The position numbers and the translations under genes were made by a program. The notes under the pieces were generated by a model that saw only the letters and a list, made by a program, of their open reading frames with translations, ran no database searches and was not told where the DNA came from. Shown piece after piece: positions 60,801-64,000 of a stretch of 64,000 bases of DNA; positions within the stretch are counted from its first letter, which is position 1, and every line of letters begins with the position of its first letter. Source of the stretch: an uncultured Acidobacteriota bacterium (GTDB lineage: Bacteria; Acidobacteriota; UBA6911). The DNA lies in NCBI GenBank assembly GCA_963843575.1, contig CAWJKZ010000019.1, positions 1 through 64,000 on the forward strand, given 5' to 3'.

Positions 60801-61817
60801 TCAGGAGTGGCGCTGGCCGGGGACGCCGACGCCCGGGGCGGGGCGTTCCCGCAGGACGTCGCGGCGGAAGCGGAAGAGCTCGGCCGGGCGTCCTCCCGTT
60901 GCGCCGTGCAGCCGCCCGGTGCCTTCGACGAGGCCGCCGGACTCGACCAGGCGGCGCAGGTTCTGTTTGTGCAGGCGGACGCCGGAAAGCGCCTCCACGA
61001 CGCGTTGCAGCTGCAGCAAGGTGAAGGTGGCGGGGAGCAGCTCGAAGACCACGGGCCGGTACTTGAGCTTGCCGCGCAGCCTCCCGAGTGCGGTGGCGAC
61101 TATACGGCGGTGGTCGAGGGCCATGAGGTGCCCGAGTGCCGCCACGGGGGGCGCGGGATCGCCGAAATCCCGGCCGGCTTCATGGGCTAGTCCGACCTCG
61201 TAGATGAGCTCGTAGCGCTCGAGCACGCGCTCGGGTACCCACGGGGCGCCGCCGAGGCCGAAATTGATGTCCCGGCGTTCGCCGCGCTCCAGCCGGCGCT
61301 CCCCCACGGGGGCGGCTGCGACCCACGTGTCGAGCGCGGGCACGATCGGGTTCTCGATGATCCCGGGCCTCCCCGCACGCCAGTCCTCCCACGGCAGAAA
61401 CCGGTAGCACTCGCGCCACACCGCGTTGCCGGTGCCGGCCGGCGCCTCCTCGCGCACCAGCGCCAGGTAGGCAACCGAGATCACGCGTGGCCCCCCCTGC
61501 CTCTCCAGGGGATCGCGGTGCCGGTTGCCGAACGTGTAGAGCTGCTCGACGTAGCCCAGCTCGAGCCCCGACTGCTCGCGCACCCAGCGCCGCAGCCCGA
61601 GCTCGAGCGTCCGGTCGCTGGCCGGGTCGAAGGGTCCGAAAGGGAGCGCGTCGTAGCGGTGCCGCGGCGATCGGCCGCCGGGGGCCGCCGGCGGCTCCGC
61701 CAGGGCGTGCTCCGCCCTGGTCACGGTCAAAATGCGCGGCGTCCCCTGCGTGACCGCGACGATAACCGCGTTCAGACCGATGACGACGGGCGTGTCCAGC
61801 GCGATTTTCCTCGTCAT
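60801..61817 (-). CDS. nadQ: NAD-responsive Nudix-like/wHTH repressor (NadQ, COG4111)
   Basis: LPFGPFDP, GYVEQLYTFG, FLPWEDWR, VLERYELIYE, DHRRIVATAL, FTLLQLQ, HKQNLRR, GGRPAELF; directly upstream of nadA. Confidence 0.8.
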   Translation of the reverse strand: MTRKIALDTPVVIGLNAVIVAVTQGTPRILTVTRAEHALAEPPAAPGGRSPRHRYDALPFGPFDPASDRTLELGLRRWVREQSGLELGYVEQLYTFGNRHRDPLERQGGPRVISVAYLALVREEAPAGTGNAVWRECYRFLPWEDWRAGRPGIIENPIVPALDTWVAAAPVGERRLERGERRDINFGLGGAPWVPERVLERYELIYEVGLAHEAGRDFGDPAPPVAALGHLMALDHRRIVATALGRLRGKLKYRPVVFELLPATFTLLQLQRVVEALSGVRLHKQNLRRLVESGGLVEGTGRLHGATGGRPAELFRFRRDVLRERPAPGVGVPGQRHS

Positions 61818-62038
61818 TCCCCTGCCAGCCCCGGATGATCCACCATCCTAGCAGCCTGAAGGGAAAATGCAAAAGCTTCGCCCAAATGGCGCCGGCGAGC
61901 CACCGGTTGCCGCGCTTTCCGGGCCGTGACGCGGAAATCGGCGCCCGCGGCTCGAACGGCGATTGTTGTCTCCGCGATGTTGTGCGAGAATATGCAACCT
62001 TTTCGGTAATGATTGAAATTCGGAGATCAGGGGAGAGT

Positions 62039-63091
62039 ATGCAAACCAGATTGCCGGTGGGCGTCCTGGGGGCCACGGGGGCCGTCGGACAGAAGTTCAT
62101 CAAGCTGCTGGAGAACCATCCGTGGTTCGAGGTCACCGAGGTGGCGGCGTCGGACCGCTCCGCGGGCAAGCCCTACCGCGACGCGGTGGCCTGGAAGCAG
62201 GTGACGCCGATTCCGGAAGGGGTCGCGGACCTCGAGGTGCGTCCCTGTGTTCCCGTCCTGAAGTGCCGTGTCGTGTTCTCCGGCCTGGACGCGTCCGTGG
62301 CGGGGGAGATCGAGTCCGATTTCGCCCGGGCAGGCTACGCGGTCCTGAGCAACTCCAAGAACCACCGGCTCGACCCGGACGTGCCGCTGGTCATCCCGGA
62401 GCTGAACGACGATCACCTCGCGCTCGTCGCCGTTCAGCGAAAGAAATACGGCGGGGCCGGTTACATCGTGACGAACTCGAACTGTTCGACGATGTTTCTC
62501 GCCATGGCCCTCGGCCCGCTCCACCGCGCCTTCACCGTCGAGAAGGTGTTCGTCGCAACGATGCAGGCGGTTTCCGGGGCCGGCTACCCCGGCGTGCCCT
62601 CGCTCGACATCCTGGGCAACGTCATCCCGTACATCGGCGGCGAAGAGGAGAAGATGGAGATCGAGACGCGCAAGATCCTGGGCCGCTTCAATGGGAGCGA
62701 GGTGGAGTTGGCGGACTTCGCGGTGAGCGCGCAGTGCAACCGGGTCGCGGTCGAGGACGGCCACACCGAGTCGGTCTCGGTGAAGCTCGCCCGCAAAACC
62801 AGCCTGCAGGAGATCGCGGACGTGCTGAGCAGCTTCTCCGGCCCGCCGCAGGCACTCGGCCTGCCGAGCGCCCCCGAACGCCCGCTGGTGGTGATGCGGG
62901 CGCAGGACCGGCCTCAGCCGCGCTTTGACGTGAACCACTCTCACGGCATGGCGACCCTGGTGGGCCGCATCCGGCCCTGCTCCGTGCTGGACTACAAGTT
63001 CACGGTACTCGGGCACAACACGATCCGCGGTGCCGCGGGCGCATCCATTCTCAACGCCGAGCTGCTGAAGGCTCGGGGGGACTTCGACTAA
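62039..63091 (+). CDS. asd: aspartate-semialdehyde dehydrogenase
   Basis: VLGATGAVGQ, HPWF, NSNCST, MQAVSGAGYPGV, EEEKM, RVAVEDGH, HNTIRGAAG. Confidence 0.95.
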   Translation: MQTRLPVGVLGATGAVGQKFIKLLENHPWFEVTEVAASDRSAGKPYRDAVAWKQVTPIPEGVADLEVRPCVPVLKCRVVFSGLDASVAGEIESDFARAGYAVLSNSKNHRLDPDVPLVIPELNDDHLALVAVQRKKYGGAGYIVTNSNCSTMFLAMALGPLHRAFTVEKVFVATMQAVSGAGYPGVPSLDILGNVIPYIGGEEEKMEIETRKILGRFNGSEVELADFAVSAQCNRVAVEDGHTESVSVKLARKTSLQEIADVLSSFSGPPQALGLPSAPERPLVVMRAQDRPQPRFDVNHSHGMATLVGRIRPCSVLDYKFTVLGHNTIRGAAGASILNAELLKARGDFD

Positions 63092-63094
63092 ACC

Positions 63095-64000
63095 ATGATC
63101 GTCTGCAAGTTCGGCGGGACCTCCGTCCAGGATGCCCCGGCAATGGAGCGCGTGGCCGGGATCGTCCGGTCGCGTATCGGCCAGAACCCCGTCGTGGTGG
63201 CATCCGCGATGGGCAAGACCACCAATGCCCTCCTCCACGCGGCCGAGTTGGCCGCCTCCGGGAAGCACCCGGAGGCCCTCGAGGTCCTGGGTAAGGTCCA
63301 GCAGGGGCATGTCCGGGAAGCGGAGTTGCTCGGCCTGAATCGCGATGGCGACCAAGACGTCTTCGAGGCGCTCGAGGTGTGTTTCAAGGAGATGTCCAAC
63401 ATCGTCCAGGGCCTGTGTACCCTCGGGGAACTCACCCCGCGCAGCATGGATGCCATGGCCAGCTTCGGCGAGCGGCTCTCCACCCTGATCCTGGCGCGCG
63501 CCATGGAGAGGCGCGGTATCCCCGCGCAACTCCTCGACGCCCGCAAGTTCATGGTGACCGACGAAAATTACACGCGCGCCGCCCCTCTGTTCGAGTTCAC
63601 CGACCCGGCCATCCGCGAGCACCTCCTGCCGGTGATCAAGGCGCACCGGGTGCCCGTGATCCAGGGGTTCATCGGCGCCACCCGCAAAGGGGTGACCAGC
63701 ACGATCGGGCGCGGCGGATCCGACTACACCGCCGCGATCGTGGGCGCCGCCCTGGAAGCCTACGACATCCAGATCTGGACCGACGTCGACGGCATCATGA
63801 CGACCGACCCGCGCATGGTCCCGGAGGCGCGGCGCGTGCGGGTGATCTCCTTCGACGAAGCCGCCGAACTGGCCTACTTCGGGGCTAAGGTCCTGCACCC
63901 GGCGACGATCCTCCCCGCCGTCCGCAAGAAAATCCCGGTGCACGTGCTCAACAGCTTCAAGCCCGACCACGAAGGCACCCTCATTACCGACGAGGCCCCG
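63095..64000 (+). CDS. lysC: aspartate kinase (truncated by the window end)
   Basis: MIVCKFGGTSV, SAMGKTTN, SFGERLS, QGFIG, GRGGSDYTA, IWTDVDG, FGAKVLHP; absent from the ORF track because there is no stop in the window. Confidence 0.93.
   Translation, partial: MIVCKFGGTSVQDAPAMERVAGIVRSRIGQNPVVVASAMGKTTNALLHAAELAASGKHPEALEVLGKVQQGHVREAELLGLNRDGDQDVFEALEVCFKEMSNIVQGLCTLGELTPRSMDAMASFGERLSTLILARAMERRGIPAQLLDARKFMVTDENYTRAAPLFEFTDPAIREHLLPVIKAHRVPVIQGFIGATRKGVTSTIGRGGSDYTAAIVGAALEAYDIQIWTDVDGIMTTDPRMVPEARRVRVISFDEAAELAYFGAKVLHPATILPAVRKKIPVHVLNSFKPDHEGTLITDEAP

Noticed and set aside
62039-63091. Archaeal/fungal-like asd subtype as a second inter-domain transfer
   Set aside because: This asd subtype is widespread in bacteria, so it is not evidence of transfer on its own.

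Overview
GC-rich bacterial chromosomal window, most likely Acidobacteriota (inference from an ADOP-type duplicated ABC permease, an Oar-like TonB-dependent receptor and several Tat-exported Gfo/Idh/MocA oxidoreductases). About 40 genes; I found no rRNA, tRNA, CRISPR array or transposase. Main blocks: (1) a CarH/LitR B12-photoreceptor gene divergent from an operon of FAD oxidoreductase, DUF1365, CFA-type methyltransferase, photolyase and SDR, resembling furan-fatty-acid/photo-oxidative stress genes, with back-to-back TTGACA promoters and an 11-bp-periodic operator; (2) an acyl-CoA dehydrogenase, a ~3000-aa iterative type I PKS/FAS (KS-AT-KS-ACPx5-KR-DH) and a PPTase, where all five ACPs carry Thr instead of the canonical Ser at the phosphopantetheine site and the second KS keeps its Cys-His-His triad; (3) a complete gatE-gatD pair, a normally archaeal Glu-tRNA(Gln) amidotransferase; (4) a beta-propeller/GT4/ABC exporter cluster of unknown function; (5) nadQ-nadA-nadC with two NadQ palindromes and no nadB, followed by asd-lysC. 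There are also two MITE-like elements, a REP-like palindrome family and heptamer tracts. Six genes carry small indels, several in short homopolymers, which look like long-read assembly errors. The best candidates for an undescribed system are the Thr-ACP dual-KS synthase cluster and the bacterial GatDE. All family assignments come from motif recognition by eye, not database searches.
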